Made by a program: the position numbers and the translations under genes | Shown: positions 48,021 through 58,946 of the stretch, piece by piece | Layout of the letters: every line of letters starts with the position of its first letter | How positions within the stretch are numbered: position 1 is the stretch's first letter | Notes under the pieces: model-generated | Databases searched by the model: none | Told to the model about the DNA's origin: nothing | The model's input: only the letters and a program-made list of their open reading frames with translations | From: Candidatus Krumholzibacteriia bacterium | GTDB lineage: Bacteria > Krumholzibacteriota > Krumholzibacteriia > Krumholzibacteriales > Krumholzibacteriaceae | Direction: 5' to 3' | Assembly: GCA_963836185.1 (NCBI GenBank) | Contig: CAWIIQ010000002.1 | Location: forward strand, 192,001-256,000 | Length of the DNA stretch: 64,000 bases

Positions 48021-50680
48021 ATGTATATGCTCCCGCCCGGTATCTGATAAAATAGATACCCGAGGCAAGAGTGCGGCCCGTGTCATCCGTGCCGTTCCAT
48101 GTCACCGAATAACGTGATGGTTCCTGTTCGGCGTCGACGATCACGCTCACCTGTCTGCCAGTCACGTCATAAGCGGCGATGTATACTTGTGACCTTTCGG
48201 CGATCGAGTAGTCGATCCTCGTCACCGGGTTGAACGGGTTGGGGAAGTTCTGTTCAAGGTTGTAGATCAGCGGAGTCTCCGATATTTCGTCATCGGTAAC
48301 AGTTACGTTGACAGCCGCTCTGACTCTTACCATGACCTCCGGCGTCGATTTTCCGTGTGCTACCCATGAATCGTAGAAGTCCTGCCCGGTAGAGTTCGTT
48401 GTGTTCTCATCGCGGAGAAACTCGACATATTCCTTTGATGTCGTCTGGTAGTAGAGAGTGACGACGACGGAATCGGTTTCGGCCGGCAGCACGTACGGAG
48501 TGTCGTCCCAGTACTGGCCGTCCTCGTAGACGTGCGCTACCGCCGGAGACTGGATGCTCTCGAAGCCAGCGTTGGTGAATCCTCTCGGCGGGATCCTGTT
48601 GTCGGAGTAGATCGTGTCGTTAAGGACGAAATGGAACGACTTGCCTGCCTCCAGGCCGATCGCGTCCGCCAGTCCGGGGCTCAGGCCGGGCTGGATCTCG
48701 TAGATCTTCGCCTGTGAGTCATGTGAGAGATCAGCTGTTTCCAGGTCGTAGGCGCACGACTCGTAGATCGGCGTCCCCGTGTCGTTCATCGCTACGATGT
48801 TGAGCCAGATCCTTCTGCCCTCGGGGTAACCGGAGGGTAGCTTGTGCGCCGTCTCATTTGTTACCCGTACGGTGATGCCGAAATCCTCGGGAGTCACTGT
48901 CATCGAGGCGGCGTTCTGCAGCATGTATCTAGCCCGGTCCTCGGCTGCCTGAAGCTGGGCCAGGTCGACCTCGTCGGGAAAGAAATCGTGGACAGTGCTG
49001 GGCATGAACGTGTTGCCGCCGGAGAAATCATGAAGGCCGAGGTCCGCCCTGTCGTTGACGCCGTTAACGTTGGCGCCCTTGCCGAGAACGTCCCTCATGT
49101 GGCAGTCCTGGCAGGAGGAAACGATGCCGTCGGCCTTGTTGCCGGCGAACTGAGGGGCGTATACGCCGGTCGATGCGTATTCGGTCTGAGTCCACTCGCT
49201 GTATGTGCGCTCTATCGGGAACATGTTTCTCAGGTCCATGTCTGGATGTTCCTCGTCGAAGGTGTTGGGCACGTAATCCGCGCCGCCGGCGTGGACGTAG
49301 ACCGGGTTGCTGACGTCATGGCAGATGCCGCACATGTCGGAGGACCGGTGTATCGGCGATTCGACGAACTGGTGACTCGCCTCGGCGTCGGAGTAGGGGC
49401 CGCGCTTGAGCGGTGACGGATCGTTTATGAACTGTCCGTTCGCATAGTTCAGCGGCAGTGGATCGATGTCGTCGAGAACGTCCTGATCAATAGGAGGGCT
49501 CGTTCCCTCGACGTAATTCTGATCGACTACACGGTGGCAGAAATCGCACTGAACCGAGTGCCTGTCCTTGACGTTGATCATGTCTCCGCTCGTATCGATC
49601 GAGCGGCCTTCCTGCCATCCGCCGGGAGAGTGGCACCTGATGCAGAGATCGCCGACAGACGGTGCGTCCTGCTCGGCAACGGTCATGCAGGCGAGGAATA
49701 TCGGATCCCTCTGCGCCTGTCCCATCATCGAGCCGCGCCAGTTGTACCATGGTTCAGCATTTGTGTCGTAATTGCCGTGGCACGAGGCGCATGAGACATC
49801 CGGATCGTCGAGGATCGCTCCCCTGTGAGGCTCTGTGCCGGGCAGTCTCCATATCCCTCATCGATGTCGGGACGTACCCGGCCGGAGTCCCCGTGATTGT
49901 GAAATCGCTCATGCTCTCGCCGCTTCCCTCGTTGGCGGCGTTGTCGACGGCTTCGACCTTTATCCTGCTGAACGTTCCGGGGAAGTTCGGGACGAACCAC
50001 GAGTAACCCGTGCCGGGGGTCTCGTTCTTCGCGACCGTCTTGAACCATTCCGATCCGCTGTCGTCTGATAAGTAGATGTTCACATGGTTGATCCCGCTCG
50101 CGTCATCCGCTGTATACTGGATCGAATGATATGAGCCGGCCTGGAGGTTCTCTCCGCCCATCGGATCGCTCACAGTCACTGTCGGCGGTATCGTATCTGT
50201 CGCGCCGGCCGGGGTGAGGTAGGGGAGAAGATCGACATGGTCGACGTTCCAGGCGAGGGTGTAATTGTCGATCGTGAGCCCGGGGAACGTAGGTGTGTTG
50301 GAAAAATTAACAATATCGGTCGTCTCGATGTGGTTGTTGAAGCCGTCCGCGTCGGAGTCGTCATTCTCTACCGCCGCGATCGCCTCTTCTATCGACAGAC
50401 CGTTGTTCAGGCCCACCTCTACCGCGAGACCGTAGGGATTCCTCGCGTCAGAGCCGCCGAAATCGAAATGGCATACGCCGCAGTGCCCGGCGTTACTCGG
50501 TACATCGTCGAGCACCGTGCCGACAGCCCCAGGGTGCTGCACGAAGAACTCTTTTCTATACGGATTCTTAGCGAGCGGTGATGAACCGGGGATAAAGATC
50601 GCAGCGAGTATCGTAAGGACCACAAGTGAGAGGACGATCCTGTAAACGAGACACGACTCGGCGAAGATGAATCTCTTCAT
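47992..50680 (-). CDS. Secreted multiheme cytochrome c with Ig-like and FlgD/Por-type C-terminal domain, +1 frameshift near 49846
   Basis: Six CxxCH motifs (CGVCH, CASCH, CIRCH, CDFCH, CGICH, CQDCH) when the ORFs are joined; HKLPSGYPEGRR; QNFPNPFNP...ASGIYF tail. Confidence 0.85.
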
Positions 50681-50853
50681 TGGCGGGGCTCCAGTCTGAT
50701 TTTCCCTCCGGCAGCTTTGCGAGAGCAGGTGGTGCTTGAGATATGAGAAGCTATAAATAATTATACCAGATCAACAGAACGGGGCGGCAAGAGTCAGCTC
50801 ACTGATCCTGTCCTCTGCAGTCTGGTATAATTATCCGGCGGACCCTGATCCGC

Positions 50854-51532
50854 CTATCTATTGTACTGCGACTTGATGCTTCCCCACGTCGATTCCTCCG
50901 TGGGTATCGTCGAGTCGTGCGAGAAAGCGGTGAAGCATTCGCCTCCATCGTGTGTCCCGCTGTTGTCCTCGTCCGAGAAGGCCCAGGCGTGTAGCCCGTA
51001 ACATCCATACCATGAGACGAGGATCGTCATCGTGTCCGAATAGTTGTTTCCTTCCGCGGTCGGTGTGGTTACGACCAGGTCACCGGCGTTGTAAGTGTTC
51101 CCCGCAATCGGCATACCGTTCACCATGATGTTCGGGACGCAGCTGTGTGGGACAAACTTGTCGAATACGACGAGGATATTGGGGTAGGTCGTCGGAGTAT
51201 TGCTGAATCCATCGATGACCAGTTCGAATTCCGTGTGGATGAAAACGTATCCATCGTTTCCGTCTGTCGACACCTCGAAGCCCATAAGGCCGGGAGCCTG
51301 ATAGATACTGTGATCGATCTCGTTCGATCCTACCTCGAGTAGGACTTCTCCTCCCCTGTCGTACGCAGCATCGTAGAAAGGATCCCCATATCCGACAGTG
51401 TAGTATTCGGTCATGTCATAGTGGTACATACATGGACCGGTGGGATACACTACAAGGCAGGGATCAGCCATAGCGGCGCTTGCGAGGGACAGGATAAAGA
51501 GATGCGGCGAGAAACCTGAAGCTGTGTTTCAT
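50854..51532 (-). CDS. Secreted protein with C-terminal TEESTWGSIK motif, frameshift in the signal peptide near 51503
   Basis: MKHSFRFLAA joined to LFILSLASAAMA-DP reconstructs a signal peptide; ORF 50854-51471. Confidence 0.75.
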
Positions 51533-51762
51533 TCTCTTCCCCTAAAGAAAAAATAAGTTTTGCTTAAGGCACAGCCGTCATGCCTTTCTTGATGCACCTG
51601 CATTGTATCACAGTTCAGGGCAGTTTACAATGATTATTGTAAACGGATTTTGACACTGCTGGAAGCCCGAAAAACATGCTGGACAGGTGTCCGGAGAAGA
51701 AAATGTGATGTGATTGAGTGCATGGGTAACATGCACTAATACAGGGAGTTAGCGGCTATTGC

Positions 51763-52797
51763 CTAGAACGCGAGGATCGTCCCGAGGCTGAATCCCCAGG
51801 CGTTCTGGCCTTCGACAGGCAGGAATGTCCAGAAGAGGCCTGAGTTGACAGCGTTATACCGGGCGTTCTCCTGGTTCAGGGTAAACGCTCCGGCAAGGAA
51901 GAATAGTGCGGATTCACTGAGGACATAGTCGATACTTCCGGCAAACATGTTGCCACCGGAATGATCGATATCGGAACGTCCGGCAGTTCCCACATATTTT
52001 GTCCTCAGGTTCCACTTCTCCCGGAGATAATATCTGCTGCCGAGTACCCAGGAGTATTTCTGGACATCGCTGTATCCAAGGAAATTACCGATTCCCTCAA
52101 GCAGGCCGAAGAAGGACCACGATTCGATGCGCCAGGCCGCGGCCGCCCTCAGTCCATATTCATTGGCTTCCGACGGCGTCGAATCGTTGACCGCCGTCAT
52201 CATCTTTCCATGGATCTCGCCAGCCGCCCACATGTAGAGCCCGCCGACCTCGTATTCGGCGCTTGCGCTGAGCAGGTCGGTGCCTTCCTGCCCGGATTCG
52301 GTCTTGTAGAGTATCTTGTATCCCGCCTTGTATTCGGGGGGGCTTTCGTACATCACCATCCGGTTGGTCCTTAGATCGAAGCCTCCACCGAAGGAGCCGA
52401 TGAGGTTTCTGCTGTCTCCGAAGCGGTTCAGGAATGCGTCTGTCTTGTTGTTGGTCATTTTGTATGGTGAGTCGTGACGGCCGAATTTTATTGTACCGTA
52501 CTGGCCGGTAAATCCGACGAAAGTGTTTCTCGTCGCGAAATCATCTCCGGACAGATCGAACCGGACCCTCGATTCTATCTGCCAGATCGCCTTGTAATCT
52601 TCAGTGAGGATAAAATGCCCCCTGAATCCCAGGCGCGAGTTGCTGCTGGTAATGCCGAGATATCCATCATCGCCGTTGTTGGCGTAATCAGTCGACATGA
52701 TGATCTTGCCGTAGATGGTAACGGGGCTGATCTCGACTGCTTCTGAAGAGGATACAAGGAGTGAGGAGACGAGGACTGCCAGGATGAGGGCGCGCAT
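51763..52797 (-). CDS. Gram-negative porin
   Basis: Signal peptide, VTIYG, SRLGFRG, AIWQIES, RNTFVG, terminal Phe. Confidence 0.88.
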   Translation of the reverse strand: MRALILAVLVSSLLVSSSEAVEISPVTIYGKIIMSTDYANNGDDGYLGITSSNSRLGFRGHFILTEDYKAIWQIESRVRFDLSGDDFATRNTFVGFTGQYGTIKFGRHDSPYKMTNNKTDAFLNRFGDSRNLIGSFGGGFDLRTNRMVMYESPPEYKAGYKILYKTESGQEGTDLLSASAEYEVGGLYMWAAGEIHGKMMTAVNDSTPSEANEYGLRAAAAWRIESWSFFGLLEGIGNFLGYSDVQKYSWVLGSRYYLREKWNLRTKYVGTAGRSDIDHSGGNMFAGSIDYVLSESALFFLAGAFTLNQENARYNAVNSGLFWTFLPVEGQNAWGFSLGTILAF

Positions 52798-52969
52798 TTC
52801 AGGACCTCTGTTCCATGTTCAGGATCGCCGGTCTATTCCGGCATGATGTCTTTCCTCGAAACTAACGAAGCCAGTTACTTCAGGCAAGAATAAATGAGCC
52901 CTCAATGGTAATGGTTGTCCGGCCGCAGGGTGTTGTATATACTCCCGGTCATATTCTTGCGAAGGAGTC

Positions 52970-54559
52970 ATGTTGGGCGGTATCGAGAGACGTTCATTAT
53001 ACGCGAGGTGGAGAGCGGAGATCTTTGCCGGGATCGGCGGCGGATTACTGCTGGCCCTTTCATTTCCCCCTTATCCGACTCGACTGCTGGCGCTTCTGGC
53101 TCTCGTCCCGGTCTTCAGGTATTTCCTCATCATCTTTCCTTCATATGGGGGGAAAAAAGGACGGCTCAAGAGGGGGTTTCTCACCGGGTGGTTCTTCGGT
53201 ATCACATTCTTCCTCGTGCTGCTCTTCTGGATCCCGGATCTTATCCCTGCCTCGAGCGTAAATCTCAGGTGGGTCCTGACGCCGGCCCTGCTCCTTCTCG
53301 TGATGTACCTCGGGTTGTACTCGGGGCTCTTTACACTGGCCATCGCCGCTCTGCACGGCCGGATCGGCAGGAGAGCGCTGCTGGCAGCGCCGGCTCTCTG
53401 GGCCTTCGCCGAGTATCTCAGGTCGAGCGGGGAGCTCGCCTTCTCGTGGGGCAATATAGCGGGAGCGCTCCTGAAGTATCCGATCGCGTCGCAGTCCCTT
53501 TTCGCAGTTGGGCCTTTCGGGTCAGCCATGCTGATAGTCGCGGTGAACCTGCTCGTCGCTTCGATCCTGTTCATCAGGGAGCGGGGCAGGAGGATACAGG
53601 CGGCTCTGCTTCTTGTCCTGCTTATCGCCGGAGCCCTGGCCGGCGGCCATTTCAGGATCCGTCGAATCGACGCGGAGATCGAGGCAGTCGACCAGCCGGC
53701 AAATGTCGCGGTCGTCCAGCCGAACCTCGACCTGGCGATCAAATGGAAGCCTGTTTACAGGGATACGATATTTACCGAGATCGAGGAACTGACCGGCAAG
53801 GCGGCGGCACTGGGAGCGAGGCTGGTCATATTCCCCGAGACGGCAGCGCCCGTCTCGATGAGCCATACGCGAAAATACAGGGAATGGATGAGGGACATCT
53901 CGAGGGAAGCAGGCGTAGATCTGTATATCGGATACATCAGGCATATCCAGGAGGGCGAGAGGTGGCGCTCGTTCAACTCCTCGGGAATGTTCAACCGAAA
54001 CGGAAACCTTGTCCAGCAGTATGACAAGATCAATCTCCTCCAGTTCGGTGAGAGGGTGCCTTTCAGCGGCTGGCTCCCTTTTCTCGAGAGGATGGATTTC
54101 GGGCAGGCCAACTTCAAACGCGGCGAGGATCAGACTATCTTTGAATCCCCCGTCGGTAGATTCGGATCGCTGATATGCTTCGAGTCGACATACTCAGGTT
54201 ATTCGAGGGACTATGTGAATCTCGGGGCCGATTTCCTCGTGAATATCACGAACGACGGCTGGTTCGGCGGAGCTCGCGGTCCCCTGCAGCACAGTGAATC
54301 CGCCATTCAGAGGGCGATAGAGAATGGGGTGACGGTGCTTCGCTCGGCTAATACGGGTATCTCGATGCTGATCGATCCGGCAGGGCGGGTAGTCGAGTCG
54401 ATCGGCCTGGACAGGGAGGGGATGCTCCTCGTCTCCGTTCACAAACTCTCGTCCCGGACCCCATACACGCTTTACGGGCAGAAAATATTCTTCGGGATGG
54501 TTATCCTGAACATAATCTTCACATTTGCGTGGGCAGTCATTTCGGATCGCAGAAGATAG
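52970..54559 (+). CDS. lnt: Apolipoprotein N-acyltransferase
   Basis: ALSFPP, FSWG, VVQPN, FPETA, YDK..L.FGE, ICFES, TNDGWF, RSANTGIS. Confidence 0.95.
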   Translation: MLGGIERRSLYARWRAEIFAGIGGGLLLALSFPPYPTRLLALLALVPVFRYFLIIFPSYGGKKGRLKRGFLTGWFFGITFFLVLLFWIPDLIPASSVNLRWVLTPALLLLVMYLGLYSGLFTLAIAALHGRIGRRALLAAPALWAFAEYLRSSGELAFSWGNIAGALLKYPIASQSLFAVGPFGSAMLIVAVNLLVASILFIRERGRRIQAALLLVLLIAGALAGGHFRIRRIDAEIEAVDQPANVAVVQPNLDLAIKWKPVYRDTIFTEIEELTGKAAALGARLVIFPETAAPVSMSHTRKYREWMRDISREAGVDLYIGYIRHIQEGERWRSFNSSGMFNRNGNLVQQYDKINLLQFGERVPFSGWLPFLERMDFGQANFKRGEDQTIFESPVGRFGSLICFESTYSGYSRDYVNLGADFLVNITNDGWFGGARGPLQHSESAIQRAIENGVTVLRSANTGISMLIDPAGRVVESIGLDREGMLLVSVHKLSSRTPYTLYGQKIFFGMVILNIIFTFAWAVISDRRR

Positions 54560-54585
54560 TCTTCACAAGTTTTTTTGTAGAGAAT

Positions 54586-54619
54586 AAAAAAGGGAGCGCT
54601 CCTGCGAGCGCTCCCTTTT
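54586..54619. terminator. Bidirectional intrinsic terminator
   Basis: AAAAGGGAGCGCTC-CTGC-GAGCGCTCCCTTTT between convergent genes. Confidence 0.85.
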
Positions 54620-54648
54620 ACGTCCAGATTTTTATAATCCGGCGGATG

Positions 54649-55479
54649 CTACTTGTGCATCTGCTTGATCGAACCCCAGGAGCTTTCCTCGGTAGCCGCC
54701 GCGGCCTTGTCGAGAGTGGAGGTACCCTCGATTGAAAGCATCACGTCAGGCGTATCGCAGTAGCAAGGGGTCTGGTTGTAATCCTTAAGCTCGTTCTTGA
54801 TCGCCACGCACATATCCTTCAGGTCGCCGGCCGGCTTGCTGAAGAGGCCATACGTGCAGAGGTAGTCGTCGCCGTCGTTGATCGCGCCCATGATGTAATC
54901 GTCAGCGCCGTACAGTACGTTGAGCTTCGCGGCGAGGAGGTGATGGAACATCTTGATCGTCAAGTCGCCCCTTGTCGGCATATCAAGGATCCTGAGCAAC
55001 TGGCTCTGTGAGTATTCGACGCAGCCGACCGTCAGTTCCGTTACCGGCCAGTATTCCTCGTGGTTCTTCCAGTATCCGGGTGTGTACATGCAGGTCGTAG
55101 GCATGCACTCACAGGTGAGGTATGCCTCATACCGCTTTACCCCTGGACCATACTGTCCGATCCACTGCGTATAGAGATACACCTTATAGTCTCCGCACAG
55201 CTCCGTGCCCCATTCATCCCCGATGAGGAATTCAGCGCCATCGATTTCGAAGATGGTACCGGTGCCGGTATAGGTCTGGACCGTATCCTCACCCTGGATC
55301 AGGGAGATCCTGTAGTAATAATCGATATGGTCCCAGGATCCGAAATGCATGATGCCGCCTATGGTCCATCCATAGCAGTCGGCGGTCACTTCAACAGGAT
55401 CGGGGCCGACGGCGAAAACGGCGGAAGAGACTGAAAGGAGAAGTAGAGCTGTCAGCAATACTACAGCATTGCGCTTCAT
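54649..55479 (-). CDS. Secreted Cys-containing protein with C-terminal WGSIK motif (paralog 1)
   Basis: Signal peptide ending VFA; TPGYWKNH and LLAAKLNV helical domain; ends TEESSWGSIKQMHK. Confidence 0.8.
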   Translation of the reverse strand: MKRNAVVLLTALLLLSVSSAVFAVGPDPVEVTADCYGWTIGGIMHFGSWDHIDYYYRISLIQGEDTVQTYTGTGTIFEIDGAEFLIGDEWGTELCGDYKVYLYTQWIGQYGPGVKRYEAYLTCECMPTTCMYTPGYWKNHEEYWPVTELTVGCVEYSQSQLLRILDMPTRGDLTIKMFHHLLAAKLNVLYGADDYIMGAINDGDDYLCTYGLFSKPAGDLKDMCVAIKNELKDYNQTPCYCDTPDVMLSIEGTSTLDKAAAATEESSWGSIKQMHK

Positions 55480-55562
55480 AAGAGTCCTGCCTTTCAAACG
55501 GTTAGAAATAGAGAGAGCCGATTTAACAGTTTCGCAGATTTAGTAGTCTCGCAACTGTGTAA

Positions 55563-55592
55563 ATTATACCAGAAACCGGGGAGTAGGGTCAA
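55563..55592 (-). promoter_or_regulatory. Sigma70 promoter of paralog 1
   Basis: TTGACC-18-TATAAT with TG extension; same design upstream of paralog 2. Confidence 0.7.
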
Positions 55593-55672
55593 TACCTTAT
55601 ATATCCGGCAATATTTGGAACTCATTATTAACGAGAGGCTTAGAGATATATAAAAATTATTGGATCGGTACT

Positions 55673-55708
55673 GGAAAGGAGCGCCCGGATGAGCGCTCCT
55701 TTCCTTTT
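55673..55708. terminator. Hairpin/terminator after paralog 2
   Basis: GGAAAGGAGCGC...GCGCTCCTTTCC, related to the hairpin at 54586. Confidence 0.7.
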
Positions 55709-55732
55709 CTGACATTGCAGGTGCTGTGGACA

Positions 55733-56554
55733 CTATCTGTGCATCTGCTTGATCGAGCCCCAGGACTTCTCTTCCGCATCTTCAGGCATATCTTCGATAC
55801 TCTCTATGGAGAACAGAGGAGCAGTAGAATACGCGGCATCACACGGCCGCCAGTTATAGGCGAACAGATTCGCCAGTATTGTAAAGCCCAGTCTCCAGTC
55901 CGTGAAACATACCCTGCTTCCGATCGGATACTTGCAGAGGAACTTGTCTCCTGCGTCGATCCAGGGCTGGATGTAATCATCCGCGCCGTTGACAACGTTG
56001 AGCTTGGCGGCTATCAGCTGGCGGGAGACGGCCACTGTCAGGCTGATGAAGGGCCGCATCCCGAGTATCTTGAGCAGTTCGTCCTTCGAGTAGCTCCTGC
56101 AGCCGATGGTCAGTTCGTCGGCCGGCCACATCGCCTCATTCTTCAACCAGTATATCGCCGGGTAGTTGCAGACCGGGCCGCATTCACAGGTAAACGGCAG
56201 CTCGAATCTCAGCACGCCGGGGCCGTATTGTCCGATCCACTGCGAGTAGATGTATGCAGTATAGTCCCCGCAGAGTTCCATGTCCCACTCACCTTCGATG
56301 ACGAACTCGGGGTCGCCCGTGTCGTATACCGTGCCCGTGCCGGTATAGGTCTGGATCGTATCGCCATCCTTGATCAGGGATACCCTGTAGTAATAGTCGA
56401 TATGATCCCAGGACCCGAAATGCATGATCCCACCCATGCTCCAGCCGGTGCAGTCGACATCGGCCTCAAGCGGATCCGGGCCTACGGCGAATACGGCGGA
56501 AGAGATTGAAAGGAATAGGAGGACAGCCAGCGATACTAGAACAGTTCGCTTCAT
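55733..56554 (-). CDS. Secreted protein with C-terminal WGSIK motif (paralog 2)
   Basis: Shares AVGPDP, GGIMHFGSWDHIDYYYR, QWIGQYGPGV and AAKLNV with paralog 1; ends EEKSWGSIKQMHR. Confidence 0.8.
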   Translation of the reverse strand: MKRTVLVSLAVLLFLSISSAVFAVGPDPLEADVDCTGWSMGGIMHFGSWDHIDYYYRVSLIKDGDTIQTYTGTGTVYDTGDPEFVIEGEWDMELCGDYTAYIYSQWIGQYGPGVLRFELPFTCECGPVCNYPAIYWLKNEAMWPADELTIGCRSYSKDELLKILGMRPFISLTVAVSRQLIAAKLNVVNGADDYIQPWIDAGDKFLCKYPIGSRVCFTDWRLGFTILANLFAYNWRPCDAAYSTAPLFSIESIEDMPEDAEEKSWGSIKQMHR

Positions 56555-56620
56555 AAGAATCCACCCCTTCAACAGGTTACAGGGAAAAAATAAATTTATC
56601 CGAATACTGAGCCTGGGTAG

Positions 56621-56650
56621 ATTATACCAGATATCGATGCGCCAGGTCAA
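56621..56650 (-). promoter_or_regulatory. Sigma70 promoter of paralog 2
   Basis: TTGACC-18-TATAAT with TG extension. Confidence 0.7.
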
Positions 56651-56786
56651 TAGTGCAGCGACGGGGTTAGCGGATCAACTTCCATTTCTGCAATGTGTTA
56701 TGGAAAATATCATGGAAAGATATTCAAGACAGCCTATGAAAGCAGTTGAATATTCAGCGGCTATATGATGATGTCTACCGTATATC

Positions 56787-57440
56787 ATGGAATCTGGAGA
56801 GAAGAATAAGTGGAGCACTGAAGGGCATGCGCCCGAGGAGACCCCTGAGCCCGGCACGCACGCGAACTACCACCGGAAGCTCTGGCACTTCGCCAGCGGG
56901 GCCGTCGTGGTAGCCGCACTGGTGATCTTCGCGCCGTCGAAGAGATGGGCGATCGTGATCCTCGCCGCGGGGCTCGCTCTGATGATCGCCATCGATCTTG
57001 CCCGCTTCTTCAGCCGAAGGGGGAAGAAGCTCTTCTGGAAGCATCTCGGTTTTCTCACCTCGGTCAAGGAGAAGAAGGGACCGACGACCTCCCTCTACTA
57101 TGCGGCCTCTCTTCTGCTCTGTGTCCTTATATTCCCGGTCTATGCCGCTGTCGGCGGAGTGATCAGCCTCGCGGCGGGCGACCCGGTCGCCGCTATAGTG
57201 GGGCGAAGGTACGGGAAGCTGAGGATCGGAGGCAAGAGTATAGAGGGCGGCCTGGCAAACGCGGTCCTGGCTTTCTGCCTTATATTCATCTTCGTCAGGT
57301 CGGTGCCGGTCGCGGCGTCGGGGGCGCTTGCCGGGGCGTTCGTCGAGATGTTCGAGATACCTTACCTGGACGACAACATCACCGTTCCACTCGCCGCCGG
57401 CGGGGCGATGGTCGCAGTCGTACATTTTTTCGGGATGTGA
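56787..57440 (+). CDS. Polyprenol/phytol/dolichol kinase family membrane protein
   Basis: RKLWH, GDPVAAIVGRRYG, KSIEG, DDNITVP. Confidence 0.88.
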   Translation: MESGEKNKWSTEGHAPEETPEPGTHANYHRKLWHFASGAVVVAALVIFAPSKRWAIVILAAGLALMIAIDLARFFSRRGKKLFWKHLGFLTSVKEKKGPTTSLYYAASLLLCVLIFPVYAAVGGVISLAAGDPVAAIVGRRYGKLRIGGKSIEGGLANAVLAFCLIFIFVRSVPVAASGALAGAFVEMFEIPYLDDNITVPLAAGGAMVAVVHFFGM

Positions 57441-57461
57441 CCGCCGGGCCCGATCGATCCA

Positions 57462-58765
57462 TCAGAACATCGTGCCTATATCGAAGAACCAGCGTCCCTT
57501 CGGGTCCATCGGCCAGGCGTATCCGAATTTGATCAGCCAGCCTTCCTTTACGATGAAACTCATCGCCAGTCCGGCCCCGCTGTAGAAGAGATCGGTGGTA
57601 AGGGTCTCGTCATTGTCCCAGGCTGCGCCGGTGTCGACGAAGACGCTCATGTCGACGAGGATCATCGGGTTGCCGAGCTCGGAGAGCTCCCTGAAGTTCA
57701 GAGGTACGCGAAGGTCGGTGCGGATCAGGGCACTGTTTTCCCCGTAGAAGATGCCGAACTCGTGTCCCCTGATCGTCGAGGTCCCGCCGAGGTGTTCGTA
57801 GAGGTAGGCGGGGATGCCCGCCTCGTTGATCGCGCTTCTCGCGTTACACGAAAAGAGGGGCCGGCCGAGGTCGAGGAACACTGTCCCGTCGACAAAGAGC
57901 CTCGTGGTTGAAAACGCCGGGTCGCTCTGCAGGAGCCCCCAGCTCTTTACCGCCGCCCCTATATGGACACCGGACTCGGGGTAGAAGATCCTGTCGAGCC
58001 GAGAGAAATTCAACCCGGTGCCTGATCGTGAACAGGGTGCCGCTCGGAGCGCCGGGGACGCCGCCCTCGCCCTGGCCCTCCAGCATCGGGTCGCCCGCGC
58101 TGATGACGTCGAGGCCCGGGTCGAGGAAAAGCGTGAATCCGTCGGCGATCCTGAATTTGAATGCGAGAGACCCTTCGAACCACTTTATCCTGTCGTCGAC
58201 CATGAACTGCTCGAACGAGGGGTAGGGCCAGTGGTATCCCCGGTATCCCGCCAGTATCCCCGCGCTGAGCCTTTCTATCCCGAAGACCCGCGGCTTCATC
58301 CACTTCGCCTGCAGGATCAGGGCGCCATGCACCATTGCCGAGAGATAGAGCTGCTCATTTTTTCCGCGCAGGTTGGTCTCGTTGAAGGCGGCGCCGAAGG
58401 CGATCTTGTCGGCGAAGTTCCTGTTGATCCGCGGGTAGATGGACCATGTCCTCTCCTCCTCGGTGATCATCAGCAGGATGAAGACTCCGCGCCCCTCGCT
58501 GTCGAAATTGAGTTTGTGGGAGGCGTAGCGGACACCTGAGAGTTTTTTTACCCGTGAAATGCCCTCCTGCACAGCGTCGTGCGTGCAGGTATCGCCCACG
58601 GCGAGGCCGAACTCGCTGACGACAAGGCCGCGGTCGATGCCGTAATTGCCGTAGACGGCGATTCCGAGGATCGGTCTGTCCCTCACCTCTGTACGCGCCG
58701 GCGGGGGTGGAGAGGAGGATCAGCGCGGCGAACGCTGCTGCCATTCTGAATACCGTATCTTTCAT
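57462..58765 (-). CDS. Omp85/BamA-TamA family outer membrane protein, frameshifts near 58685 and 58020
   Basis: Signal peptide, POTRA-like IAVYGN, ETNLRGKN, LGGTSTIRG, FVDTG and terminal Phe across three ORFs. Confidence 0.78.
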
Positions 58766-58946
58766 GATATGTCCCGCCGCCCCTGAGTCATCGTGTGTTC
58801 TGTTTCCTGCCCTCCGAGAGTAATCGGGGACGGCTCCACGGTCAACACCATACGTTGTCCGGGATAATTCGGTTGTCGAGTGCCCCCTGCATCAATTAAA
58901 ATCCTGCCGTCGCGACAGAAGGCCGCGACATCGGAAGATATCAGAG

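Noticed and set aside
52915-54024. 369-aa alternative-frame ORF overlapping lnt
   Set aside because: Arg/Gly/Pro-rich off-frame product of GC-rich DNA; the lnt frame carries all the motifs
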